Positions 9,406 to 19,530 of a DNA stretch of 64,000 nucleotides are shown here, in pieces. Source of the DNA: Mycobacterium sp. (lineage in GTDB: Bacteria > Actinomycetota > Actinomycetes > Mycobacteriales > Mycobacteriaceae); the NCBI GenBank assembly GCA_032159775.1, contig JAVHWK010000018.1; one strand, given 5' to 3'. How positions within the stretch are numbered: the stretch's first letter is position 1; every line of letters begins with the position of its first letter. Position numbers and translations under genes: made by a program. The notes beneath the pieces are model-generated. The model saw only the letters and a list, made by a program, of their open reading frames with translations, did not search any database and had not been told where the DNA came from.

Positions 9406-9930
9406 ATGAATCGCCGTCTCTGCATACTCGTCGTCGTGATCCTGGCCTTGGCCGGATGTGGCCGTGACGCGTCGCCGCCAGCCGCACAATCGACATCGGC
9501 GACAGCAGCGCCGTCTTCCTCTGCTGTCGCGCAGAGCCCTACCGGCGAGGGCGGCAACATCCCCGATCCCTGCACCCTGTTGACCAATGCCGAAGTCACC
9601 GAGCTGACCGGACGCGACATCACCCAGGTCGACAAGGACGGCGCGGACGCCGGCGCATCCACCCGCTACTGCCAGTGGCAGCAGTCCTCGGGACAGCTCG
9701 CGGTGTTCCTGTCACGCGCGACGAGCGACGACTTCACCGTCGCCCGGGCGGACTCACCGTCGATACCGGGAATCGGCGACGACGCCTACTGGCGGGACGG
9801 CCACCTCTATGTGCTCATCGGCGGTGCCCAGATCGACGTGTATGCACGCGGAGGCGACGATCAGCAGAGCCAGGCCGAAGCGGAAAAGGTTGCGCAAGCG
9901 CTCATTCCGAGAGTGCCTGCGTTCTCCTGA
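9406..9930 (+). CDS. Lipoprotein, DUF3558-like
   Basis: Lipobox LALAGC after a basic N-terminus, an Ala/Ser/Pro linker, then DPCTLLTNAEVTELTG, which is typical of the mycobacterial DUF3558 lipoprotein family. GAGGAA SD. Confidence 0.8.
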   Translation: MNRRLCILVVVILALAGCGRDASPPAAQSTSATAAPSSSAVAQSPTGEGGNIPDPCTLLTNAEVTELTGRDITQVDKDGADAGASTRYCQWQQSSGQLAVFLSRATSDDFTVARADSPSIPGIGDDAYWRDGHLYVLIGGAQIDVYARGGDDQQSQAEAEKVAQALIPRVPAFS

Positions 9931-9961
9931 TCCGCCTGCGACCTAGAACGGCAGGCGGATC
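9929..9961. terminator. Bidirectional stem-loop spanning two convergent stop codons
   Basis: Perfect 11-bp stem GATCCGCCTGC / GCAGGCGGATC with an 11-nt loop. It covers the stop at 9928-9930 (+) and the stop at 9943-9945 (-). Confidence 0.55.
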
Positions 9962-11775
9962 CCCCCGAGGATCCCGGCGATGTTCGGCAGTGGCGGCGGT
10001 GGCGGCAGGGCAGGCATCACCGGTGGCGGCGGCAACGCGGGCAGCTCCGGTAACACCGGCGCCTGTACGGGCGGGGCGATCGGCGCCGCAGGCATCTCCG
10101 GCGGCACGAACACCGGGGCCGGTATGTCGGCGGGCTTCGGCAGGTCGAGGATCGGCGCCTGCGCGGGAGGATCGATCTTCGGCGGCACGATCTTCGGCAG
10201 GATGTCCGTGCGTGGCAGGTCAGCCTTCGGCAGCTCCACGGGCGCAGGCTTCGGAAGGTCCGCTGGCACGGGCTTGGGTAGTTCGGCGGGCTTGGGCATG
10301 TCGAGCGGTGCGGGCTTCGACACGTCCACCGGCGCAGGTTTCGGCGTATCGACCGGACCAGGGTTCGCCAGCGGGGCCGCCTTCCACCATCCCGGCGTCG
10401 TTCCGGTGACCGGCGTCGCCGGCGTCGCCGGCGCCGCCTTGTCCAAGGCGGGAGACGGTGCGGTGAGCGACGGAGCGGTTGCCGTCGGCGCGGTGGGCGC
10501 CGCAGCCGGCTGCAACGGCGCGGGCCGGGCTGCCGGAAGCCCCGGACCCTGCTGCGGCGCCGCAAGAGGCGCAGCGGTCGGCGCCGAAGCCGGTGGCGCC
10601 GCAGCGGTCGGCGCCGAAGCCGGTGGCGCCGAAGCCGGTGGCGGGGCAGTGGCCAGCGGCGCGCCGGTCTTGTCGAAGGACCCGGCGTTGACGGGTGGAC
10701 CGCCGACGCCGTACGGGCTGCGCTGATCTATCGGTGCCGTTCCGAACGGCCGGATGTTGGCGGCCTCCTGGGCGCCGTCGTCGAGGCCCGTCGGAATCGC
10801 GATGATGAAGTTGGTGCCGGTCTTCACCGGATTCGGGAAGTACATGATGCTCGCCTGGGTCGGCGCGCCCGGGCTGATGGTCCGGTCGTAGCCCGCTTCG
10901 ACCAGTACCCGGGTCGGCGCGTCGAGGATGGTGATGATCGGACTGGGCACGCCCGCATCTTGCAGCGGCATCAGCAGCGGCAACCGCTGGCTCGGGATCA
11001 TGTAGTAGTCGGTGTCGCCGTAGGAGCCCTGATACAAAGCGTCCCCCAGCCCGACGCTCTGGTAGTCGCCATGCTCGTACTGGATCCCTGCAATCGCATT
11101 CGCGGTCGCGAACGGATTCAGCGGATTGTTCGGAAAGTCGGAGTAGCCGTCGTATTGACGGGTGACGTCGACTGTCTGGAAATTGGTATCGGTGGGTGTG
11201 GCGCCGTCGAACGTGACGCCGAGGATCGGGACACTGAGGCCTTCGAAGCGCTCGAGGATGCCGCCGTTGGGTCGATTCGGGTTGCCGATCAACACGAACG
11301 ACACCGGCAGCGTCGAGCCCGCGGCCGCGAGATTGCCCTTCTCGATCGACGCGATTCGCGCGCTCTGCGAGTAGCCGAAGACAACGAGCGATTCGCCCGC
11401 GGGCTGTCTGACCACCGCCTCGTCGAGGTTGGTCACGCCCTGCCCGACCGATTGGTCGAAGGGCATCACGCCCGACACCGGCATGAACTGCTCGGGCGTG
11501 CTGACGGCGGTCGGCGTGCACGACTGCGACCCGGCGCCGCAGAATCCGGTCAGCACGATGTAGTCGTTGTTGGCGTCGGTGGTGTAGCCGTCGATGAATT
11601 CGGGGCTGTCCTGCGGCGTGCTCAGCGGATGCCCGGTGCCGCCCATGATCAACGCGGTCGCTGTGAGGGCGACCAGCGCCGTCATGGTCTGCACACTCAC
11701 CAGCACGATCGTCGACGCGATGGACAGGAGGACGACACCGGCGGAATAGAAGACTCGGCGCACAGCAGCCCCCAA
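9943..11775 (-). CDS. Membrane-anchored PE-PPE-domain serine hydrolase with a long proline-rich C-terminal region
   Basis: N-terminal TM, then a PE-PPE-type domain (MGGTGHPL..., FGYSQSA nucleophile motif), then about 250 aa of Pro/Ala-rich repeats (PPASAPTAA, LPKPAP). Confidence 0.8.
   Translation of the reverse strand: MGAAVRRVFYSAGVVLLSIASTIVLVSVQTMTALVALTATALIMGGTGHPLSTPQDSPEFIDGYTTDANNDYIVLTGFCGAGSQSCTPTAVSTPEQFMPVSGVMPFDQSVGQGVTNLDEAVVRQPAGESLVVFGYSQSARIASIEKGNLAAAGSTLPVSFVLIGNPNRPNGGILERFEGLSVPILGVTFDGATPTDTNFQTVDVTRQYDGYSDFPNNPLNPFATANAIAGIQYEHGDYQSVGLGDALYQGSYGDTDYYMIPSQRLPLLMPLQDAGVPSPIITILDAPTRVLVEAGYDRTISPGAPTQASIMYFPNPVKTGTNFIIAIPTGLDDGAQEAANIRPFGTAPIDQRSPYGVGGPPVNAGSFDKTGAPLATAPPPASAPPASAPTAAAPPASAPTAAPLAAPQQGPGLPAARPAPLQPAAAPTAPTATAPSLTAPSPALDKAAPATPATPVTGTTPGWWKAAPLANPGPVDTPKPAPVDVSKPAPLDMPKPAELPKPVPADLPKPAPVELPKADLPRTDILPKIVPPKIDPPAQAPILDLPKPADIPAPVFVPPEMPAAPIAPPVQAPVLPELPALPPPPVMPALPPPPPLPNIAGILGGIRLPF
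10571..10643. repeat. Perfect 30-bp tandem repeat (2 full copies plus a 13-bp partial copy) inside the Pro-rich coding region
   Basis: gcagcggtcggcgccgaagccggtggcgcc occurs at 10571-10600 and again at 10601-10630, followed by gaagccggtggcg. On the minus strand this encodes the APPASAPTAA repeats. Confidence 0.85.
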
Positions 11776-11953
11776 AGCAGATAGTGCAGTTGGACGTCCC
11801 CGCAGCGCCGAGCCAGTCGGATGTGGCTCGTGTGAATTCTGCGACTCATTTGGTTTGCTCGCAACTATTTGCCCAAATCAATGGTCATCACTTTGACCCG
11901 TAGGTGCACCGGACGGTCATGTGTTCGCTAGTTTCGGCGTCGTGGCCGACCTG

Positions 11954-12961
11954 ATGAACCGTCAAATACTGCTCCGCCGTCGCCCAGTCGGGCTGGTCAA
12001 GCCCGACGACACGGAGTTGGTGACCGGCCTGGCACCCGAGCCGGCGGAGGGCGAGGCCCTGCTCCGCACCACCTATGTGGGCATCGACGCGGCTGCCCGG
12101 ACGTGGCTCGACGATCAGCCGGGCTACCTGCCGCCGGTGCAACTCGGAGAGGTCATCCGCGCTGCGGGCATCGGAGAGGTGGTCGCATCCCGGTGCGACG
12201 CCTACGCCGTCGGTGACGTCGTCACGACATTGACCGGCTTCCAGGATTACGTGATCATCCGCGACGACATATTCGCGACGCCGGTCGTCGGGTACACGGA
12301 CCAGTGCGCGGTGATGTCGGTCTACGGGCCGACGGGTGCCACAGCGTATTTCGGTATGACGGGTGTGGGCCGACCACAGCGAGGGGATGCGGTCGTCGTG
12401 TCGGCGGCAGCGGGGGCAACCGGTTCGGTCGCCGGGCAGATCGCAAAGATCGCGGGCGCGCGCGTTATCGGCATCGCAGGCGGTCCGGATAAGTGCCGGG
12501 CCGTGGTCGACGACTTCGGCTTCGACGCGTGCATCGACTACAAGTCCGACGACCTGAGGGCTGCGCTCAAGGAGCATTGCCCCAGAGGCGTCAACGTCTA
12601 CTTCGACAACGTGGGTGGACCGATTCTGGACGCGGTGTTGGGCCGGCTGGCACCGAAGGCGCGGGTTGTGCTGTGCGGTGTCATTTCGAGTTACCTCACC
12701 GGCGAACACCCAGGCCCGGCCAACTACGTGAACCTGCTGTCGAAGACAGCGACCATGCAAGGCTTCAACGCGCTCGACGAATGGGGACGCTTCGAGGAAG
12801 CCTTCGCCGCACTCAGCGGCTGGGAACGGGACGGCCTGCTCGCTCATCGCGAGACGGTGTTTGACGGTCTCGAGTCGTGTGTTGACGCGCTCAACGGGCT
12901 CTTCACCGGCGCGAACATCGGCAAGATGCTGGTCAAGGTCAGCGAACCCACGCCCGCGTAG
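11954..12961 (+). CDS. NADP-dependent oxidoreductase, medium-chain dehydrogenase/reductase family (YncB/alkenal reductase-like)
   Basis: MNRQILLRRRPVGLVKPDDTELV... and the AAAGATGSVAGQIAK Rossmann motif. The track start 11921 is probably too early. Confidence 0.85.
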   Translation: MNRQILLRRRPVGLVKPDDTELVTGLAPEPAEGEALLRTTYVGIDAAARTWLDDQPGYLPPVQLGEVIRAAGIGEVVASRCDAYAVGDVVTTLTGFQDYVIIRDDIFATPVVGYTDQCAVMSVYGPTGATAYFGMTGVGRPQRGDAVVVSAAAGATGSVAGQIAKIAGARVIGIAGGPDKCRAVVDDFGFDACIDYKSDDLRAALKEHCPRGVNVYFDNVGGPILDAVLGRLAPKARVVLCGVISSYLTGEHPGPANYVNLLSKTATMQGFNALDEWGRFEEAFAALSGWERDGLLAHRETVFDGLESCVDALNGLFTGANIGKMLVKVSEPTPA

Positions 12962-12963
12962 AG

Positions 12964-13725
12964 ATGATTCTCCAGATGAGGTGGGCCAGGGTCGTGGCGT
13001 CCGTGGTGGCGCTTGCGGCACTGCTGGCCGGCTGCGGAATCCGCGAGACGCTGCACCGGTTGGCCGGCCAGCATTCGAACTCGTCGCAGTCTCCGAGTCC
13101 CGCCGCATCCTCCGACGAGGTCGTCGCCGAGGCCAGGCCCAGCGTGGTCAAGGTGCACGGCGAGTCGCAGAGCTGCCAGAAGCTCACCGACGGTAGCGGT
13201 TTCGTGGTCGCGCCCAACAAGGTGATGACCAACGCCCACGTCGTTGCCGGCGCCGAGACGTTCTCGGTGAACGACGAGGGTAAAGCCCTTGCGGCGCAGG
13301 TGATCTCCTACGACCCGGAGGCCGACATCGCGATACTCGATGTGCCGGGTCTGCCCGCGGCACCGTTGAAGTTCGCGGACTACACCGTGGGATCCGGCGT
13401 CGACGCGTTCGTGCTCGGCTTTCCCGGCGCCGCATCGTTTCGGGCGTCTCCCGCCCAGATCCGCGAGGTCACCGAGATCAACGGGCCCGACATCTACCAC
13501 GCCACGTCGGTGACGAGACAGGTCTACGTCCTGATCGGCTCATTTCCGGAGGCGGGCTCGAGCGGTAGCGCAGTCGTCGACCTCTACGGTCGGGTGATCG
13601 GCGTGTATTTCGGTGCGCAGACCTACGATCCGACGACCGGTTACGCGATGACGGCGGCGCAGGTGACACCGCAGATGGCGCACGCCGGGGCTACGAAGGC
13701 GGCGAGCACCGGCGAATGCGTCTAG
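12964..13725 (+). CDS. Trypsin-like (S1) serine protease lipoprotein
   Basis: Lipobox LLAGC, GSGFVVAPNKVMTNAHVV (His region), DIAILDV (Asp) and GSSGSAVV (Ser). It starts 2 nt after the upstream stop. Confidence 0.8.
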   Translation: MILQMRWARVVASVVALAALLAGCGIRETLHRLAGQHSNSSQSPSPAASSDEVVAEARPSVVKVHGESQSCQKLTDGSGFVVAPNKVMTNAHVVAGAETFSVNDEGKALAAQVISYDPEADIAILDVPGLPAAPLKFADYTVGSGVDAFVLGFPGAASFRASPAQIREVTEINGPDIYHATSVTRQVYVLIGSFPEAGSSGSAVVDLYGRVIGVYFGAQTYDPTTGYAMTAAQVTPQMAHAGATKAASTGECV

Positions 13726-13733
13726 TGCCGGAC

Positions 13734-14618
13734 TTACGACGCCGCGTCGTCCACCGTCAGTAGTAGCCGGCTGGGCGGCAGCGCTGTGAGTCGCATAGCA
13801 GCGGCGGTCGCGGGCCCTACGATGCCGTCCACCTTCAGCCCTGGGGTCCGCCGCTGAAAGGCCCTCACCGCGGCCTCTGTCTGCGGACCGAAGTCACCGT
13901 CGACCGTCACGCCGAGTTGACGCTGGAGCTCGGCGACCTGAGGCCCCTGCGAACCACGGAAGATCAGAACGTCGGCGTAGACGCCGACCGGAACGGGTGG
14001 GCGCGGCGTCGGCGCAGTGCCGGGCTCGGTGCCGATGCGGGCCTGGATGTCGGCACGCGGGATGTCCATGTTGATCGCGCCTGGATCCCATTTCCCTTGC
14101 GCCCGACCGGCGTACTCCTTGCGCCCGATGGTGCGGGCCGAGGTCTGCGACAGCCGGCGGTTGACCGCCGCACAGCAGTTCACCAGCGCGAAGTATTGCT
14201 CGTCGGACCAGTGCGTGCGATGCGGAGCCGTCGGACTCGTACCGCTGTTGGCGCATTCGATACCGATCATGTGCCAATTGCCCATATTGGTCGGAAGCCA
14301 CGGATACATGCCTACACCCGCGTGCCACGCGACACCGACCGCCACCACAGTCACCGTGCCGTCACGGGCAATGTGCAGCTGGGACACCGGCCCCGCCAGA
14401 TCGGGGCGGCCGTTCGCAATCGACGCGGCGGTGGCATTGTCGGATCCGGTGTGGTGCACCATGACCCCGCGGATATCCTTGAAGTCGCCGTGGCCGCGGT
14501 TCCGCCAGCCCGGGTACTCGACGAGCTTGACGCCTTGAGCAGCAAGCACATCGGCGATCCATACCGGGTCGCCCGTCCAGATCTTTGTCTGCGCCATACC
14601 CGGATGGTACGGCGACAT
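13734..14618 (-). CDS. N-acetylmuramoyl-L-alanine amidase (Amidase_2/PGRP type) with a C-terminal PG_binding_1 domain; no signal peptide
   Basis: GVMVHHTGSDN, AWHAG and IGIECAN amidase_2 motifs. The C-terminus reads LQRQLGVTVDGDFGPQTEAAVRAFQ...VDGIVGPAT (peptidoglycan-binding repeat). The N-terminus is hydrophilic. Confidence 0.8.
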   Translation of the reverse strand: MSPYHPGMAQTKIWTGDPVWIADVLAAQGVKLVEYPGWRNRGHGDFKDIRGVMVHHTGSDNATAASIANGRPDLAGPVSQLHIARDGTVTVVAVGVAWHAGVGMYPWLPTNMGNWHMIGIECANSGTSPTAPHRTHWSDEQYFALVNCCAAVNRRLSQTSARTIGRKEYAGRAQGKWDPGAINMDIPRADIQARIGTEPGTAPTPRPPVPVGVYADVLIFRGSQGPQVAELQRQLGVTVDGDFGPQTEAAVRAFQRRTPGLKVDGIVGPATAAAMRLTALPPSRLLLTVDDAAS

Positions 14619-14876
14619 ACTGACACCTGCTCGGACGTCGGAAAACCACCAATCACCTTACTCTGCAACCTGTTTGCCGGGTTCGCCATCAGCTGACGCT
14701 CTCGCCATCTGTGGCACCGGCCCACTCTGCGTAGCGCAGGCCGATCCCCCGCTCGGGCAATCGCCACACTCTTAGCCGTCACCACCCGCGCCAGAAGTAC
14801 CCGGCGCGGTTACGTCCAAAGTGTCGGTCGCGGCGTTACTGTCGGCGAGCAGGCACGCCACACCGTCGGGAGTACC

Positions 14877-15797
14877 ATGACCGCCCCATCCGATGAATCG
14901 GTACACACCGGACGAGACACCTATCGGTACCTGAGAGCCGGCATGGTCGTCGTCATCGTCATGCTCTTCGCGGCGATATTCATCGACAGCGTGCCCACCG
15001 ACTGCTGGCAGGGATCGATCAGCGCGTACTACTACACCGCAGCGCGCAACGTCTTCGTCGCGACACTGTGTTGCCTCGGAATCATGCTGATCGTCTACAA
15101 GGGCAGCAATGACACCGAAGATGTGCTGCTGAACCTGGCGGGCACGCTCGCATTCTTCGTGGCGTTCGTGCCGATCAAGATTCCCGACGTCGCCGGTTGT
15201 CGCCAGGTTCTGCCGACGGCCGGCGAGAAGTCGGACGCCATTGCGAACAACTTCAGCGCCGTGATCGTCGCCCTGGCGGTGGCCGGCGCGATCATCGCGT
15301 TCGTTTTCGTCGTCGACAAGGTGTCCCGTTCCGACACCAGTGATTGGGGCAACCGACTGCGCGTGATCTCCTGCGTCGTCCTTGCCGGTTTCGTCGTGGC
15401 GTACTTCGTCTTCCCGGAACAGTTTGAGGCGGGGGCACACTGGGTCGCGGCGGTGTTGATATTCGTCATCATCGGCGCGGTCGTGTTCATCAACGCCTAT
15501 CTGGTCAGCAACCAGGACAAGCAGGACCCCGCGACGCGGGAACGCTCCAGGCGGCGCTACCGGGTGATCGGATGGGTGATGGTCGGCTCGTTGGTCGGTG
15601 CGCTGACCGTCGCTCTGATCGGCAAGTTCTCACACCCCCAAGGGCAGGCGTGGAACATTCCGATCTTCGCGCTCGAGACCGCCCTACTTCTCGAGTTCGC
15701 ACTGTTCTGGGCCTTCCAGACCTTCGAACTATGGGATCACGCCGATCGAAACACGCTTATCTCAGACGACCAGCAACAGAGGATCGCACCGCTCTGA
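14877..15797 (+). CDS. Integral membrane protein (about 7 TM), family not recognised
   Basis: 306 aa with multiple hydrophobic helices and good codon bias. Adjacent and convergent to fbpC. Confidence 0.7.
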   Translation: MTAPSDESVHTGRDTYRYLRAGMVVVIVMLFAAIFIDSVPTDCWQGSISAYYYTAARNVFVATLCCLGIMLIVYKGSNDTEDVLLNLAGTLAFFVAFVPIKIPDVAGCRQVLPTAGEKSDAIANNFSAVIVALAVAGAIIAFVFVVDKVSRSDTSDWGNRLRVISCVVLAGFVVAYFVFPEQFEAGAHWVAAVLIFVIIGAVVFINAYLVSNQDKQDPATRERSRRRYRVIGWVMVGSLVGALTVALIGKFSHPQGQAWNIPIFALETALLLEFALFWAFQTFELWDHADRNTLISDDQQQRIAPL

Positions 15798-15810
15798 GTC
15801 GTGCGAGCGC

Positions 15811-16821
<1,011 letters not shown>

Positions 16822-16936
16822 TCATCCGTCTCGGACTCGTCTTCGCGCAAGGTAGCAACGGCGCGCGCGAAACCCGCCGGTGCAGCGCCGCACGTGATCG
16901 GCTTGTTATCAACAAGTTCCGCGATCGTGAGGTGCC

Positions 16937-17236
16937 TCAGCGCGAGCAGTCGAGGGAGACGGTGATGGTCCGTTTGACGACGACCGGAACGAAATCCCGG
17001 TCGTCACGACCGCCGACGCGGACAAGTTCGGTCCCTTCCCGCGGATTGCGGACGCTGGTGACCTCGCACTGGTTGATCGGAGCGCTGCCGACGCGGTCGA
17101 GCTTGACGTCGAACCCCTGGGCCTCGAGCTGACCGATCGTGATGACCGCCGATTCGGCGTTCGCCGTCGCGGCCAGTGACAGCGCGGCGGCCGCGAGGCC
17201 CGCACCGATGAACGCGGAGCCGATGATCTTCTTCAT
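16937..17236 (-). CDS. Small secreted protein, paralog of 2675..2998
   Basis: MKKIIGSAFIGAGLAAAALSLAATANA signal peptide. The mature part aligns with the 2675 product. The track start 17287 is probably too early. Confidence 0.75.
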   Translation of the reverse strand: MKKIIGSAFIGAGLAAAALSLAATANAESAVITIGQLEAQGFDVKLDRVGSAPINQCEVTSVRNPREGTELVRVGGRDDRDFVPVVVKRTITVSLDCSR

Positions 17237-17335
17237 GGGGAAGCCTTTGTTCGGGCGAGCAGGCTCGCTCTTGCTTGGTGACTCCATGCTGTCGCGAAGG
17301 GGCAGGTCAACGCTTGGAGGCCTGGTGGAGATTGC

Positions 17336-18025
17336 GTGGAGATTCCGGGTAGACGTCTCAGCGATCTCATGTCATCGAGCCATCCGGCGGGTGCCCGGCG
17401 CCGAATATCTATCGTGGGGATCGACATGCCTAAAAACGGCTACGTGCTGGTACTGCCCGGGGGGAAGGTTCGCAGCGACAGGTCATCGCGGAGTTGGCAG
17501 CTGGCCAACTTGCGGATGGCGGTGTTCGCCGCTGGGACGCGCCGCCGACTCGGTCCGAACGTGGAGGTACGGCGGGTGCGATATCGGCTTCGCGGGTGGA
17601 ACAGTCCGCGGCTGGACGCACTCCGCGACGCCGAGGCGGTTCTCGATTCAGCCCGCGAGCGTTTCGAGCCGGAACAGATCGCTGTCGTCGGCCACTCGAT
17701 GGGCGGCAGGGTGGCCGCGCACCTGGCGGCCCGCGGTGACGTCGGCACCGTCGTCGCACTGGCCCCGTGGTGGGTCGACAACGACTCCGAGCTGATTCCC
17801 GTCACCTCCCGACTACTCGTCGTGCACGGCTCCGCGGACACCTGGACCGATCCGAGAGCGTCACTCGCACAAACGCGCCGTGCCCAGCAACGCGGAGTGG
17901 TCGCCGAATGGGTCGGTTTCGACGGCGCCGGTCACTACATGATTCGCCGGCGGCGCGAATGGCACCGCCACGCCGCCGAATTCGTCGCGGAGCAGTTCGA
18001 CGTGGCGAAGTCGGACAAGCGATGA
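17336..18025 (+). CDS. Alpha/beta-fold hydrolase (start uncertain; ATG 17426 possible)
   Basis: VVGHSMGGRVAAHLA nucleophile elbow and VVHGSADTWTD...GAGHY C-terminal triad region. Confidence 0.7.
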   Translation: MEIPGRRLSDLMSSSHPAGARRRISIVGIDMPKNGYVLVLPGGKVRSDRSSRSWQLANLRMAVFAAGTRRRLGPNVEVRRVRYRLRGWNSPRLDALRDAEAVLDSARERFEPEQIAVVGHSMGGRVAAHLAARGDVGTVVALAPWWVDNDSELIPVTSRLLVVHGSADTWTDPRASLAQTRRAQQRGVVAEWVGFDGAGHYMIRRRREWHRHAAEFVAEQFDVAKSDKR

Positions 18026-18696
18026 ATCACCGCCGGGCGGGGACGTGGCTCGCGATCGTCTTGAATACGGTGGTCGGGGCAGCGGGTTACGTTGTACTTG
18101 CACATCTTTCACACGGCAGCGCCCCCGATAGCGATCCGCCGGCGACCGATCTACATGCCTTATCGGAATCGATGTTGGTCGACGAGAACGCCGTCGCACC
18201 GCTGAACGGGACGACATGGGGTCGCATCGTCGCGGCCCCACAGGGCTCGCCCCCGCCGGTGAACCCACCTGGTTGCGCCCTGTTCCTGTCGCAGGGCGAC
18301 GCCTCCCAGAAGGGACTCGCCATGCGGTCATCCCGGGGCGCCGCGATCGGTGTCGAGCTCGCCATCTCCGATCAACGTGTCGACCTCGCGAAGCTTCGGG
18401 ACACCTGTGCCTATTTCACCCTGAATTCGCCGGGCATCCGATCGAGCGTGCACCTGGAGCGAACGTGCATCGATGGGTTGCCCGACGGGGCGATCAGCAC
18501 GCTGATGCACTCCAAAACCACGACCGGCGGGGAGACGGTGACCTGGGACATCGCGATGATCACCGGCTATCGCCGCGGCGTTCTGGTTACCGCGGAATAC
18601 ACGCCAGGCCCCCGAGGTGGGCCCTTTGACGACAAGTTCGCGTCGACGCTGCCCGCGTTGTTCCAAGCACAGCTGGACCGCATTGATGCGAGCTGA
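18022..18696 (+). CDS. Membrane-anchored protein with an extracytoplasmic Cys-containing domain (function unknown)
   Basis: ATG 18022 overlaps the upstream stop (ATGA). MNHRRAGTWLAIVLNTVVGAAGYVVLA is a TM anchor. The upstream part of track ORF 17767.. is rejected. Confidence 0.65.
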   Translation: MNHRRAGTWLAIVLNTVVGAAGYVVLAHLSHGSAPDSDPPATDLHALSESMLVDENAVAPLNGTTWGRIVAAPQGSPPPVNPPGCALFLSQGDASQKGLAMRSSRGAAIGVELAISDQRVDLAKLRDTCAYFTLNSPGIRSSVHLERTCIDGLPDGAISTLMHSKTTTGGETVTWDIAMITGYRRGVLVTAEYTPGPRGGPFDDKFASTLPALFQAQLDRIDAS

Positions 18697-18697
18697 C

Positions 18698-19492
18698 TCA
18701 GCTGAACTGCGTCTTCGGCCGCGCGAGGGCGGCACCGTCGATGATGATGTCCAATTTCTCGTTGTAGAACGCCACCAGGCCTGCGATCGGGGCGACGGCA
18801 GGTAGCGGGTAGTGGTACGTCCAGGCAAGGTCCGGATGCACCGTGTCGCCGGTCCGCACCGACCAGTAACCCGACGTCGTCCCTTTATAGGGGCACAGCG
18901 TCTCCGTCGCGCTTTGCTCGAGATGCTCGAATGCAACATCGGTCGGGTCGATGTAATACCTTGTCGGCAAGCCGGTTTCGAAGAGAAGGACCGGGGCGGC
19001 GGTGTCGGCGAGCACGACACCGTCGAGTTCCACCCGGATGTTGCGGTGTGATCGCATGGCGTCGACACGCGCGTACGGGTTGCGCGGGTGTCCGTAGATC
19101 GGCTCGTCCTCCTCGAACCAACGCAGGTGATCCCATTCGAAGCGGACCATGCCCGCCACGGGTCCGTCGTCGAAGACCCGTGCCGCCTTCTCGTGTGTCA
19201 CTGCTGCCCCGACCAGGGAGTGCAGCCTCGACGACCCCAATTGAATCTTCTGCGGGTGGTTTTCATCGCGCAGGAAGCCTCCTCGCACGTCGGTGAGCGG
19301 AATGTAGTACTGCGGGTAATACGGCACTTCCCAGACGTAGCGCGCCGCGGTCGTGTCGAAGACCGGCTGATGGCCCAGATAGCCGCGGACTCGACGCGGG
19401 GCCGGCTCGACCCGTCCGCGTGCGGCGGCCATCTGGGGGTAATCGCGATCATCGGTCATCCCGCCATGATGACTCGGGAATGCCCCGAGCAC
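18698..19492 (-). CDS. DUF427-domain protein (two DUF427-like halves)
   Basis: VRGYLGHQPVFDTTAARYVWE.PYYPQYYIP and a second ...YKGTTSGYWSV... half match the DUF427 pattern as I recall it. An alternative start is ATG 19459. Confidence 0.7.
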   Translation of the reverse strand: MLGAFPSHHGGMTDDRDYPQMAAARGRVEPAPRRVRGYLGHQPVFDTTAARYVWEVPYYPQYYIPLTDVRGGFLRDENHPQKIQLGSSRLHSLVGAAVTHEKAARVFDDGPVAGMVRFEWDHLRWFEEDEPIYGHPRNPYARVDAMRSHRNIRVELDGVVLADTAAPVLLFETGLPTRYYIDPTDVAFEHLEQSATETLCPYKGTTSGYWSVRTGDTVHPDLAWTYHYPLPAVAPIAGLVAFYNEKLDIIIDGAALARPKTQFS

Positions 19493-19530
19493 ATACGGTG
19501 TCCTTGTTGTCGACCCAGAGGGATGTGGAC

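Noticed and set aside
10571-10643. The tandem 30-bp repeats, checked as a possible CRISPR or MIRU-type intergenic repeat
   Set aside because: The copies are contiguous with no spacers and lie inside a coding region, where they encode a peptide repeat. No cas genes occur anywhere in the window.
9980-10726. 248-aa Gly-rich ORF (GGGGGRAGITGGGGNAGSSGNTGA...) that superficially resembles a PE_PGRS repeat region
   Set aside because: It is the reverse complement of the Pro/Ala-rich tail of the PE-PPE hydrolase (CCN codons read as GGN). It has no PE domain and no independent start context.
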